DNA of 64,000 nt. Origin: Octopus vulgaris. Its lineage: Eukaryota. How positions within the stretch are numbered: the first letter of the stretch is position 1; each line of letters begins with the position of its first letter. A program made the position numbers and the translations under genes. Under the pieces are notes generated by a model, which was not told the origin of the DNA, ran no database searches, and saw only the letters and a list, made by a program, of their open reading frames with translations. Shown one piece after another: positions 38,960 to 52,016 of the stretch. The stretch is from assembly GCA_951406725.2 (NCBI GenBank), contig OX597840.1:34534001-34598000 (forward strand). The letters are read 5' to 3'.

Positions 38960-39400
38960 TGGTTATTTCAGCTGATATTTCTGAAAGAGACCAAGGGTTG
39001 AACCTGCAACATTTATTTTGATAATATTATTTATTTTATCAGTTTGAAGATAGAGAGGGTGATAGCAGAAGTTGATATTAAGTGGGAGGGTGAAGGAAGA
39101 GAGAGCGTGATGGGAGAAGCTTGTTTGGTGTGACAAGATGGTAGGGGTGGGGGGTCGATGGAAGAGACATTGCTGGAAGGAGCATAATGGAAAATAGAGC
39201 TCATGGTGAACTGTTATAGAGGTGAGCACATGTTAGAGAGAGTAATGGATGTTAGTAGTAAAGGGTGAATCCTAGTGAACTTGAGAGAGAGTGATAGATG
39301 TCTATAGTAAGTGACCTGGGGAGTAGGAGTGGTGGCTGGTTGGAGAGGAGGTGCCCGAGTAAGAAAGTATTTGATGAAAGATGCAAGAATGTCGTGTATA
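38960..39400 (-). mobile_element. Possible heavily decayed LINE RT fragment
   Basis: Remnants such as RIHPLLLTSITLSN and LNASKT resemble CR1/Jockey-type RT segments. No catalytic motif is recognisable. Confidence 0.35.
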
Positions 39401-40619
39401 AAAGGTCTCTCGTGGATGCGAGATAAGCCCAAAAACCGAGGTCAGTGAGAGGCGGGGTTCGTGGGGTTCGTAAACCTGCCCCACTCCATATGTTTAAAAA
39501 TGTCCATTGTGTTGTTAATTCATTCGTTGTATATAAAATCATGTTAAATTTTTATCGACCCCAAATTTCGCTTTATATGTAAAATCATTCGTGATTGTAT
39601 TGTCCAGTCTTTGTATATCCTTATGGAAAATAAAAAATCATGGTTGGTGGAACAGACAAAGCACTCTCTTCCCTCCCTCACTTTTACTTTAGTGGAATAT
39701 TGAGGGGAGGGAGTGAATGGTTACTTTATTGACGAAGGCAAAGTTAACCTCAGTGGATTTGAATTCAAAAGGAAGAGAGCCAGACCAAATATTGCAACCC
39801 AAACAGCCTCTGCCAATTAATTACCTTACACACTCACACATGCACATGCAGGTGCACACATGTGCATGCATGTGTGTGCGTCAGGTAAAGGATATGAGAC
39901 CTATAATATACAAGTCAAGTGTGAGTTTCTACAAGACAACTAGCTGCAGGAAGTAGAGTGAATCTGTGGTTGGGTCACGGTGCCAGCCCGACGGCATCAT
40001 CATTTTCTGTCCATTTTCCATGCTGGCATGGGATGGATGGTTTGGCAGGAGTTGACAAGCCAGAAGACTGAACCAGGCTTCACTGTTTTGGCATGGATTT
40101 TTATGGCTGGATGCCCTACCTAACGCCAACCACCTTAGAGAATGGATTGAGTACCTTTTGTGTGACACTAGCACCGGTGAAGTCTATTTTGGCAGGGTTT
40201 TTACAGCTGGATGCCCTTTGTAATGCCAACCACTTTACAATGTGGACTAGATGCTTTTTACACGGCATCAGCACTGGCAGGATAGCCAAATAACTTGCAA
40301 GACAAAATCCTTTGAGAATGGGTGGGGTATTGGAGGAGGTGGCCTTGTGCCAGGTGATTAAGAGATTAGAGTGTGACTGAGAGACAGAAACGGGTGTTTT
40401 GCTGTAGAGGAGGATTTATGTAGGATAAAGCCCTGAAAACTGGAAGGCAATCCTAGAATGCCAGGATCTGAGACATGAAGTTCCATATGTCAAAGTACAC
40501 TGTTGGAGAAAAGTATATTGAGAAAGATACATGGAAATGTTACAGTGAGAGAGGTTGCTGGATGTGAAGGGAGGGTCCTGGGTGGATTCAACAAAAAAAA
40601 CTAGCTGTTGCATATTGTT

Positions 40620-41558
40620 CTGTAATACAAATGTTTTGTTTTCAAAAGTTCTGAATTAAAATCTTCCACCAAACCTTAGTCACAATTTATGTTCCTAACA
40701 CTAGCTTAATGATAAAGTTATTTTACTAAATTCTTTGTTATATTTAAAGTAATTGAAAGAAACACAGAGCATCTCAACAGAAATATGGTAACGAAAGGGT
40801 TAAAATATATAATAGAGAAACAATTCTTAACCCTTTTGATACAAACCCGGCTGAAACCGGCTCTGGCTCTGAGTACAAATGTCTTGTTTTCAAAAGTTCT
40901 GAATTAAAATCTTCCACCAAACATTAGTCACAATTTATGTTCCTAACACTAGTTTAATGATAAACTAAGTTATTTTACTAAATCCTTTGTTATATTTAAA
41001 ATAATTGAAAGAAACACAGAGCATCTCAACAGAAATATGGTAACAAAAGGGTTAAAATAGATAATAGAGAAACAATTCTTAACCCTTTTGATACAAACCC
41101 GGCTGAAACCACCTCTGGCTTTGTAATACAAATGTCTTGTTTTCATAAGTTTTGAATTAAAATCTTCCACCAAACCTTAGTCACAATTTATGTTCCTAAC
41201 ACTAGCTTAATGATAACTAAGTTATTTTACTAAATTCTTTGTTATATCTTAAATAATTGAAAGAAACACAGAACATCTCAACAGAAATATGGTAACGAAA
41301 GGGTTAAAATATATAATAGAGAAACAATTCTTAACCCATTTGATACCAACCTGCCTGAAACTGCCTCTGGCTCTGAGTACAAATGTCTTGTTTTCATAAG
41401 TTCTGAATTAAAATCTTCCACCAAACCTTAGTCACAATTTATGTTCCTAACACTAGCTTAATGATAACCAAGTTATTTTACTAAATCCTTTGTTATATTT
41501 AAAATAATTGAAAGAAACTCGGAGCATCTCAACAGAAATATGGTAACAAAAGGGTTAA
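40620..41558. repeat. Tandem array (period 252 bp) of a piggyBac-type MITE: three complete copies and one partial copy
   Basis: Units TTAA|CCC(T/A)TTTGATAC...GTAAC(G/A)AAAGGG|TTAA start at 40831, 41083 and 41335, separated by the same spacer aatatataatagagaaacaattc. Confidence 0.9.
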
Positions 41559-41807
41559 CGAAGTTGAGCATGTGTTAATTGTATAATCAAGATGGAGGTG
41601 TCATAGTCTGTGACAGGCATAGCAGTATTCTCATCAACTGCAAGTAAGATGCTCTAGAAGGAAGGCATTTTGGAGGCATTTTTGCTTCCTCCTTTACATT
41701 CTTTACACTCCTAATTAATTCATAGCTTACTGACAGACAAATAAATCCTACAATTAACCACAACTCCCATCTTAACCTTCTGTTCTCTTTGCCTGCCTGC
41801 TTGTCAT

Positions 41808-41843
<36 letters not shown>

Positions 41844-43185
41844 CACACCACACCACACCACACCACACCCAAGCACGCATGCACACAAACACATGGCTTT
41901 CCCTTATTTGAATGTTCTCATTCTAATGCTCTCAGATGAATTCTAAAGAGAAAGAAATGGCTATTTATACTCTACTTTTATGTATTGAGTACTTTACATT
42001 AAATTGCTTCTCTAATTTTTAAAACTGGAATGTATAATAATTACACACACACATACATGCACCTGCACATATATGCATACATATTAATTTCATTTTAAGT
42101 TTTCGACTTTCATTTGATCTCTTACCAGTTTTTGTGTGTGTTTCTAAGCAGTTTGAAATATAGTCCTGTCAGAGCAGAATTGGTCCTAACTTTTAGTGAT
42201 AAAACAATGAAGATAGGCACAGGCATGGCTATGCGGCAATAAGTTTGCATTCCAACCACATGGTTCCGGGTTCAGTCCCACTAGAAACTCTGGGTATATA
42301 TTTTTTAAAGAGGTGGGGCAAAAATGAAAAATATCAGAATGTTTACTGATAAAATGTCATTTGCCTTCAATCCCTATTTTTATCTCTTCATTATTTACCA
42401 AGTAAATTTCATGATACAGCTAGCTATAAGGTATGCAATGCCATCTCAGAACTGCACAAAATTTCATAATACAAGAGAGAAAATTAGTTTGAGATTCCTT
42501 CTGCTGCTACTTTACGGATTTTATACAGAAAGTAACTTTCTGTATAAACCATGTGGTTTTGGGTTCAGTCGCACTGTGTGGCACCTTGGGCAAAGTGTTT
42601 TCTACTCTAACCACGAGCTGACCAAAACCTTGTGAGCGGATTTGGTAGAAAGAAACTGAAAGAAGTCTGTTGTGCGTGTATGTGTTTGTCGCCCCACTGC
42701 TACTTGGCAACTAGCGTTGGTGTGTTTACATCCCTGTGACTTAGTGGTTCAGCAATAGAGACCAGTAAAGTGAGTAAGAGGCTTAGAACTGGGGTCAGTT
42801 CATTCAACTAAAGACCACAATCTAATGACTGAAACAAGTAAAAGATAAAAAATATTTGACCAAGCAGCTACAAAGCAGATATTATAAAGCTTTTAATTTT
42901 CATTTTGTTTTGGATACAAATTCTGTTTGTATATTCCCAAAGTGTTACATTGGGTTCCCTTTTTTTTTTGTGCGTATATGTTATTGACATTTGGATGGAG
43001 TGGTACTTCCTTTTGGGGCTGAAACCTTGAAGATATCTGATTAGATAGTGAGAACAAGATCTTGTTTAAATAGTGTTTAAACCCTTTCATTGTTGCATGT
43101 TCATTGTCACTGTCCCCATAATTTAGGAAGATTAGTGACATATTTTTTATATTTTGGGACGGTCATTTTCGTTTTCTTGCCATAT

Positions 43186-43550
43186 TCTTTTACTTGTTTC
43201 AGTCATTTGACTGTGGCCATGCTGGAGCACCGCCTTTAGTCGAGCATATCGATCCCAGGACTTATTCTTTGTAAGCCTAATACTTATTCTATCAGTCTCT
43301 TTAGCTGAAACACTAAATTATGGGGATGTAAACACACCAGCATCGTTTGTCAAGTGATGTTGCGGGGGACAAACACAGACACACACACATACACATATAT
43401 ATACATATATACGATGGGCTTTTTTTAGTTTCCGTCTACCAAATCCACTCACAAGGCTTTGTTCGGCCCGAGGCTATTGTAGAAGACATTTGCCTAAGGT
43501 GCCACGCAGTGGGACTGAACCCAGAACCATGTGGTAGCCACTCCTACACC
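43186..43550 (-). mobile_element. SINE family 1 copy
   Basis: Reverse complement of the consensus seen at 47210-47610. Confidence 0.85.
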
Positions 43551-44096
43551 TATAAGCACATGCACTATATATTCGTTCCTCACTCGTTTATTATTGGTCC
43601 ATTGCCTGGAAATCTTTTGTCACACACCTGTGACCTCTTCAGTGACGCTTCCATCCCCTGTGTTTCCTGTTCTGTTTAGTCCATTCTGTCTTTCTATTTA
43701 TTGGTTTCAAGTTTTTGCACAAGGTTAGCAATTTCGGGGGAGGGGTAAGTTGATTAGATCAACCCCCAGGATTCAACCGGTACTTATTTTATCGACCCCG
43801 AAAGGATGAAAAGCAAAGACAATCTTGGCGGAATTTGAACCCAGAACATAAAGATATGAAATGCTGCTAAGCATCTTGCCCAGCTTGCTAATGATTCTGT
43901 CAGCTCACTGCCTTTGCCTTTCTATATATTGATGGCATAATTATATGTCAATGTTAAATTCTAAAACTATGGTAAATTATGAGTGAGAACATAAGAAATT
44001 TACACCAAATTCTCTGATCTTTGTTGCTGTTAAGCTTCCATGTGTAATAAATTTTTTTTTTAAGACTAGAGAATTATGAAAAAATGTGTTATATTA

Positions 44097-44237
44097 TTAG
44101 GTTGTCCCAAAAGTTCGTAAACGCTTGCGAAAATTGAATTTTTACTCGCCAAGTACTAACAAAAACAACAAAAATTATTCCTCAAAATAAAGACCATTAT
44201 TTTCCAAGACTTTCTACGAACTTTTGGGACAACCTTA
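44097..44237. mobile_element. mariner-type MITE (MADE-like)
   Basis: TA|TTAGGTTGTCCCAAAAGTTCGTA ... TACGAACTTTTGGGACAACCTTA|TA. Confidence 0.9.
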
Positions 44238-46881
44238 TATAAAAGATTGTGGTTGAGATTCTTATTTAATAATTGTATATAATTGCTGGTTCAGATTATG
44301 ATAGCTTACTGGGATTATTTTAAATTCTTTTATATAGAAAGTTACTTTCTGTATAAAATCTATAAATTAGCAGCAGAAGGAATCTCCAGGTGTTAAGAAG
44401 ACAGTCTAGTTACTAAACATGAACCTACATAATTTAGTAACCACATATTAATAATGAGCCAACATGAGAGCCTCGTTGTGGTTGTTCAGCCCACTAGAAA
44501 TAGCAGCCAAATTCCTATAAAACAACAATGAAACTAAAACAGATTTGCAACTTTGACTTGTATTTTGATGAGCTTGCAAACATGGACTCCGTTTTCAAGT
44601 TGTCATTATTAAACTGAAGCCACTCTGGACAAACATTCAGCATACAATTCACATATACATATATATATATATATATATTATGGAGATGTACTTGCATAGC
44701 AAGTGACCTGATCTGAGATCGTGTGTTGGAATGAAAACAATTGCAGTGTGGAAGGTGTTTATAAGCCATTTAAGAAACATACAAAAACCATCAGATTCAC
44801 TTCAACATTTAAATTTAAATTTAATTTTATATATATTTAATTTTGTATATATATATATATATAGTCTGTTTTAGTCAGATTTTCACTTTTTTAGGAAAAG
44901 GTTACATATATAGAAGGCTGGCCAAATTCCAGCTATCGTTCAAAGAATAGATCTTAACAGCCAAGCTAGGATCATTGATACAAGCTTAGTCTATGGGTTG
45001 TATGTAAACCTTAGATTAGAGAAATAATTGGTTATTCAAACAGGTACACTGCTGATGTGTTTATTAGAAGAAGGTCTTGTCAAAGTAATGTTCAACACCA
45101 ATCAACTTGCCATGCATAACTCATTGTCAGTTGTGTTGTATCTTATATTTCAAGCAAATGTATCAAAAAAAAATCCCTTCTTCAGAAAGAAATTTTAAAT
45201 GTTTCAGATATCGAAATTTCTATCAAATATTTCTTTTCTTTTGTGCAAGTTCCAGATTTGATTCTATTTAGTTGTTTACTTTCAATAATTATATTTAAAA
45301 CTCTTTTACCAACTATAGAGCATTTTAGTTGATTAGTGACACTCTTCTCTTAGAATGTCTTTTTGTCTTACAAAAGGAAACATTTTTTCTGCTTGCCTTA
45401 GTTCCAGTTCAGTGAAAACATGGAGAGAATTAATAGATTACCATCAATAAGGTGCTATTGAATCCAAAAAGCCTAGTTTGCAAGAAATGGAATTAATTAA
45501 AATGATTTTTCTTGGTCAGCAAGTTCTCATTTGATTTGTTTCAGTATTTATGTAGACTAAGTTTGCCTTTCATTCTCTGGGGCCAATAAAATAAATACCA
45601 GTTAAGTATAAGGCTTGATTTAATTGACTCCTCCCTCCTCCAAATTTGCGCTTTTAGGGCCTAGGTCAGAAAACAATATTTATTTAAGAAATGTGATTTA
45701 TATTAAAAAATAAGTAAAAAGTAAATGTTGGTTATTTTTAAGGAATTCATGTGGGCATGCTATTTATAAATTACTTACTTAAGCCCCTACATCTCCTTTG
45801 GAGCAGAAGCCACTAATGATGCTGTGGGCTGTCTTTCCTATTTCACTACAGTTGGATCCCTATTTCCTTACAGCTTCCTTTAAGATTTTGCTGCACCACA
45901 TCATGTTTCCCTGAAGGAAGGCCTTTCTCTCCTGGATCTTGCTAATTTTGAACTATCATCAATGCTTCTGCAACCTTGTTTTTTTTATTAGGTAGGGGTA
46001 TTGGCCCTAAACAAATCCATTTTTACCTCTAAGAAGAGGTGGTCCTTAATATTAAGGCGTCTATCCTTTGACCTGTCCAGCATGGGAGGCCTACAAGGAG
46101 CTTGTGATCTACTGGCACAGCTCTCTAGGTTATTGAAGTACATAAGCCAACACAAGGACTGGACCTTGTGGTGGATTTCTATAATGCACTCATTTTTTAA
46201 ATTAGTGCATTATAAAAAAAATTAATACGATAATTGAATTATTGAGTTATCAGAAACATTAGAGCACCTGATTTCAGATTCTGTGAAATCTTTGGAGGAT
46301 AGCTTCACAAACCAGTGTGTGTGTTTGTGTGTTTGTGTGTATGTGTGTGTATGTGTATATATACATACACATACAGACATACATGTACATACATACATAC
46401 ACACACATATATAAATCTCTACATATACATCATTGAAAGGAAATATTGATACAGCTTGTAGAAATTAAAGTAGGGGGTAGTGAGTGAAAGGTATGCAGTC
46501 TAATGGGGACTCATTAGATCCATTCGTGATTGAATTTGCAATCAGTCCTTTCTGAAGCATGCACACACTCTTCAATTATTTTAAGATAGCCATGGATTTG
46601 ATATACAATTTTTAGCTTATTGTGAATACCTACATGTTTGATTTAAATTAATAATCAATTGTTGATGTTTTTAATGTTAATTTTAAAAACTCTTGTAGCT
46701 GAATAGTTTCTGTAATTCTCTCTATAGGTTCATATTAAAATTCGAGTGATTTATTGATGTTATTTATTTTGTGATGTATTTAACGAAATGAAAATATTTT
46801 GATGAAATTTTTCTTCACTGTGAAATATATATATTTGAATGTTAGTGAGTTTCATTTAAAATATAACAGTCTCCTTCACAG

Positions 46882-46973
46882 ACGACAGAAGCAGAGTTGA
46901 AAGCTTTTTTCACATCATATGGAACAGTGAAAGACACAAAGATAATTGCAGACAGAGGTGGGGTGTCCAAAGG
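46882..46973 (+). CDS. boule: boule/BOLL coding exon: central RRM
   Basis: ctccttcacAG acceptor, 92 nt encoding TTEAELKAFFTSYGTVKDTKIIADRGGVSK plus GG, then a GTAAGT donor at 46974. In frame with the previous exon and similar to Boule ...FFxxYGxVKxxKIxxDRxGVSKG. Confidence 0.95.
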
Positions 46974-47056
46974 GTAAGTAAACTTTTAATTCTGCCTTGG
47001 AGGAAATGTTTGTCTTCCAAATAGAACAATAGAACAAATTGCTTAGCTACATTTAT

Positions 47057-47100
<44 letters not shown>

Positions 47101-47209
47101 AGAATGTACACACATACATACAAACATGTATGTACATGAGTGTGTGTATGTCTTTATCATCGTGTGTGTGTGTGTGTATTTGTGTGAGCAGATTTATTGA
47201 CAGAAAGTA

Positions 47210-47610
47210 GGCACAGGAGTGGCTGTGTGGTAAGTAGCTTGCTTACCAACTACATGGTTCTGGGTTCAGTCCCACTGTGTGGCACCTTGGGCAAGTGTCT
47301 TCTACTATAGCCTTGGGCCGACCAAAGCCTTGTGAGTGGATTTGGTAGACGGAAACTGAAAGAAACCTGTTGTATATATGTATATATATGTATGTGTGTG
47401 TGTGTTTGTGTGTCTGTGTTTGTCCCCCCAGCATTGCTTGACAACTGATGCTGGTGTGTTTATGTCCCCGCTACTTAGCGGTTCGACAAAAGAGACCGAT
47501 AGAATATGTACTGGGCTTACAAGGAATAATTCCCGGGGTAGAGTTGCTTGATTAAAGGCGGTGCTCCAGCATGGCCGCAGTCAAAATGACAAACAAAAAG
47601 AGAAAGAGAA
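47210..47610 (+). mobile_element. SINE family 1 copy, full length
   Basis: GGCACAGGAGTGGCTGTGTGGTAAG...GGTTCAGTCCC...CCAGCATGGCCGCAGTCAAAATGAC. Confidence 0.9.
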
Positions 47611-47880
47611 AACTAGACAAGATGTTTGCCTTGACCAAGGGAAGGTACTCTTTTTTCTGCCAACCAGAAGGTAATCACAATGATCTATGTTAAATTTAAG
47701 GATCTTGGTTAACCATTTCTATTAAAACTTCTTGTGATTGCAATCAAACTTGACACAGCCAACTGAAAAGCAGCCAGCTTGACTGATCTGGTCACACTCC
47801 ATTTGGTATAATTGCATAGTTGTGTATGTGTATTTTCTTTTGTGATGATGTTGGAGTACTTTTAGTACAAATCTAGTTGG

Positions 47881-47967
47881 GGGCAAGGTGTCTTCTACTA
47901 TAGCCGCGGGCCGACCAAAGCCTTGTGATCGGATTTGGTAAACTGAAAGAAACCTATCGTATATATG

Positions 47968-47998
<31 letters not shown>

Positions 47999-48208
47999 TT
48001 GTGTGTCTGTGTTTGTCCTCCCAACATCGCTTGACAACTGATGCTGGTGTGTTTACGTCCCTGTAACTTAGCGGTTCGGCAAAAGAGACCGATAGAATAA
48101 GTACTAGGCTTACAAAGAATAAGTCCCGGGGTCGATTTGCTCGACTAAAGGTGGTGCTCCAGCATGGCCACAGTCAAATGACTGAAACAAGTAAAAGAGT
48201 AAAAGAGA
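47881..48208 (+). mobile_element. SINE family 1 copy, 5'-truncated
   Basis: Starts at gggcaagg-tgtcttctactatagcc and ends aagtaaaagagtaaaagag. Confidence 0.85.
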
Positions 48209-48435
48209 ATATGCACCTGTATAAATGTGATATTTTTGCAGTAAATTTCTTCCAATTTCAGTCTTTTTGGCTCAAACTCAGGATTTACTAAAGCTGAGCG
48301 AGATATTGAGAATGGATGAATTTATCTTTCTCCAACTCTGAATCGTTAAGGAATTTTCTGCTTCTGTGTTTCAAATCCTGTAACATCCAAGATCTTGCAT
48401 GATTTTAAATAATAACCATCTTATTTTCTTTTTAG

Positions 48436-48493
48436 TTATGGGTTTGTAACATTTGAAAATCAAGAAGATGCTGATAGAATATTAAAAAAAGAG
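48436..48493 (+). CDS. boule: boule/BOLL coding exon: RNP1 (KGYGFVTF) and helix 2
   Basis: ttattttctttttAG acceptor, 58 nt (T completes Gly, then YGFVTFENQEDADRILKKE), then a GTGAGT donor at 48494. It completes the RNP1 octamer KGYGFVTF across a phase-2 intron. Confidence 0.95.
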
Positions 48494-48820
48494 GTGAGTT
48501 TATTTTACTTTAAAAAGGTATTGCTTAGCATCTACTGATTATTCCTCAAATTTATTATAAAAGGTATTTCTGTCATTGGATTGATAGAGTTTATTTGAAA
48601 ACAAATTTGGTAAAATTTGATAAAAGTTGTGACAGTTAAATAGTTGCAGTCCTCACATTCTGTTGTACATTATGAGGTAATTGGAACCCCAAGCATTGTA
48701 CGTGTTACATCTTGTTTTAAGGCTTCAGGATAAAGAATTAAAAATGCCCCTATCTAAAGAATTCTCTGACAGTAGCTTCCGTATTGTGTATAGCTTCAGT
48801 AGTATTTGTTATTTGTATAT

Positions 48821-49562
48821 CACCTTTTCAAACTCCACCTGTCTAACACCCGTGGGCATGTTTTACAAAGTCAGAAAACAGCACAGCTCCCATGACTTTC
48901 AGAAACGTTTTTTCACGCCAAGAATTGCTGAAGCATGGAACAGACTGCCGGCATCAGTTGTTAGTTGTCGGAACATTGCATCCTTCAAAACTTCCATGCT
49001 TCCTGAGATTCGCCAACACTACGCCTGATTTTCTCCCCTCCATACACGCGCAAGCATGTATCTGACAACCAAGAGAATACCCTCCATCGGGCATTTGCCA
49101 TATTCTGAACGCCTTACTTCCCTGGGCATGGATACATTGAAACTCTGATGTCTGGCAGCTGACTTGGCAGACACCCATAAAATTATTAACCATCTTACCA
49201 ACAATAACTCTGAGCACCTTTTCAAACTCCACCTGTCTAACACCCATGGACATGTTTTACAAAATCAGAAAACAGCACAGCTCCTTCCATGACTTTCAGA
49301 AACATTTTTTTCACGCTAAGAGTTGCTAAAGCATGGAACAAACTGCTGGCATCAGTTGTTAGTTGTCGGAGCACTGCATCCTTCAAAACTTCCATGCTTC
49401 CTGAGATTCTCCAACACTACACCTGATCTTTCTCCCCTCCATACACACGCAAGCATGTATCTGACTCATACACTGTTCGCTTCCCAGACATTTGTACATT
49501 ACTGCATATACTTTATATGCACTTTTTGACAAGTTGTGGTGCACCTGAGCACTGTATACAAT
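48821..49562 (+). mobile_element. CR1/L2-type LINE 3' end, partially duplicated
   Basis: NTRGH...KVRKQHSSHDFQKRFFTPRIAEAWNRLPASVVSC occurs twice (about 48821-49065 and 49215-49465). The second copy is preceded by YSERLTSLGMDTLKL. Confidence 0.85.
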
Positions 49563-49563
49563 A

Positions 49564-49950
49564 GGCGCAGGAGTGGTAAGTAGCTTGCCTACCAACCACA
49601 GGTTCTGGGTTCAGTCCCACTGCGTGGCATCTTGGGCAAGTGTCTTCTGCTATAGCCTCGGGCCGACCAAAGCCTTGTGAGTGGATTTGGTAAACGGAAA
49701 CTGAAAGAAGCCCGTCGTATATGTATATGTGTATGTGTGTGTATATGTTTGTGTGTCTGTGTTTGTCCCTCTAGCATTGCTTGACAACCGATGTTGGTGT
49801 GTTTACGTCCCCGTCACTTAGCGGTTCGGCAAAAGTGACCGATAGAATAAGTACTGGGCTTACAAAGAATAAGTCCCGGGATCGATTTGCTCGACTAAAG
49901 GCGGTGCTGCAGCATGGACGCAGTCAAATGACTGAAACAACTAAAAGAGT
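49564..49950 (+). mobile_element. SINE family 1 copy inserted at the end of a CR1-like element
   Basis: GGCGCAGGAGTGG head and full tail. It interrupts the CR1-like end (actgtatacaat / aatttcattattat). Confidence 0.85.
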
Positions 49951-50633
49951 AATTTCATTATTATAATTATTATCATTATTATCATACAGATAGTCTGTGT
50001 AATTCCAATTATGCACAAATATTATTATGGATGCTAAGATAACATAAATACTAAGTTGGACAATCTAAACTCTGACTGGGCTGGTCATACTAAACACAGT
50101 CTGTTATATGTATGATTTTGTGGTAGAGAGAGCAAATACTTCCACTTAAATACAGGAGTTAATTTCTCTTGGTGTTATTGTTTATCCCCAGGTCAGTCTT
50201 GATACAGTTGACCTATGATCAAACACCCCAGCCATACCATTCTGTCCTTGGGTATATCAGGAATTACAGTGTCCAGTCTATTTTCGTTGGAAGGAGATTT
50301 AACTGTTATTTCTAACATGTTGATTGACCCTCCATAGAGGATCCGTCGTTGGCTTGTTCCCGTCACAAGGTGTCTTTTAGATGTCTTAAGTGTCCATAAC
50401 ACAACGCCCAGTTATTCACCCATTAATTGTATAATGATCATGCTGAGACATCTAAGTTTTATACATCTGTGGTATGCCTACTTGACGGATTAATCTGGTT
50501 ACCATGGGACATAGCTGGGCTAGCATTTGGGTTCAATGTTCAAAGTCTTAACCTTTTTAGCCAGTAGCCTCAGACTTTCCTGACTTGGCATTCTATGAGG
50601 GTTGTAAAATTGTTTATTAGTAAAGCATAGATG

Positions 50634-51040
50634 GAGACATAGCTGTGTGGTTAAAAAAACTTGTCTTGCAACCAAATGTCTTTGTGTTCAGTCTCACTGC
50701 ATGGCACCCTTGGCAAGTGCCTTCCACTATAGCTCCAGGCCAAGCAAAATCTTGTGAGTGAATTTGGTAGACGGAAACTGTGTTTGAAGCCCATTGTATC
50801 TGTGAGTGTCTGTATGTGTGTATGTGTGTGTGTGAGAGAGAGAGAGAGAATGTGTTTGTGTCTCTCCCTCACCACTGCTTGACAGCTGGTGTTAGTTTGT
50901 TTATGTCCCCATAACCTAGCAGTTTGGCAAAAGAGACCAATAAAATTAGTACTGGGGGTCAATTTGTTTGACTTAATCCTTCAAGGCTGTGCTCCAGCAT
51001 AGCCGCAGTCCAGTGAGTGAAACAAGCAAAAGATAAAAGA
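50634..51040 (+). mobile_element. SINE family 1 copy (diverged); further decayed copies at ~470-690(-), ~42552-42850, ~56861-57210, ~60685-61070
   Basis: Shared motifs ttggcaagtg, gtgagtgaatttggtagacggaaactg and ctccagcat. Confidence 0.75.
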
Positions 51041-51972
51041 TGCATATGTCTAAAATAATAATTTAACAGAAAACTTGGTGTTTAGACGATATTTATATCT
51101 ACATCACTTTGGTAACCGATCATCACCACCAGGTGTTGTATTTCCAAATATATAAATACCCAAACTAGATTAGAACCAGAAACCTTTATTACTAAACTCA
51201 GGTGAATGGCAGTGTTAGCCACTAGGCCATTAAGTACCCAGTATGAATCCAGCCTTGGGCTAAATATAAATGCATGAATACGATGGCTGATGATGACCAG
51301 AGATCTGACTGAATCACAATGCAGATACTAATATTGTAAATATGCACTCTAAACTTGTGGTTAATAGTCCAGGAAACACTAATCGTGTTTTATTACTTTG
51401 TCTGATAGGGCATATTTTTATACAACTCGGATAATATGACTGATTCTCTTATCAGTTTTATAGTTTTGAATTTGAATAAAAGAATAGGCTTGGTTTGGAA
51501 GCGGTTGGCATTGAAATGTTCTTTCACGAAGCTAAATTGGGTGGTTAAAAGTAATAGAAATATAAATAAAAAACAATGTTTTTTTTTCTTTTTTTTTCTT
51601 TTTTCTTTCTATGAGTGGAATCCTGAGTGGTTTTTACTTACCAACCACAACTGCTGACAAACTTCCTCTATTGCTTGTATCATTGCCAAAGAGATAGAGA
51701 GATTTCTGAAATTCTATAGTGACTAGTCTATGTTTTTTCTGTATCTCCTTGCTTCTTTCACACACACACAAGCACACAAGCACACACTTCTGTGTGTGTG
51801 CGTATGTATATCAGTATATGTACTTGCATACATATACACACGCTCAGTAGAGAATACATTCTTTTTAGCAGCAGCTTCAGATAGAAACTCCTCATTAGAG
51901 AAAGTTGTTGAGATATTTTCTTGTTTGTAAGCAAGGTGAAGTGTATAAAGTAGAAAGACGACCAGTTGATTA

Positions 51973-52016
<44 letters not shown>

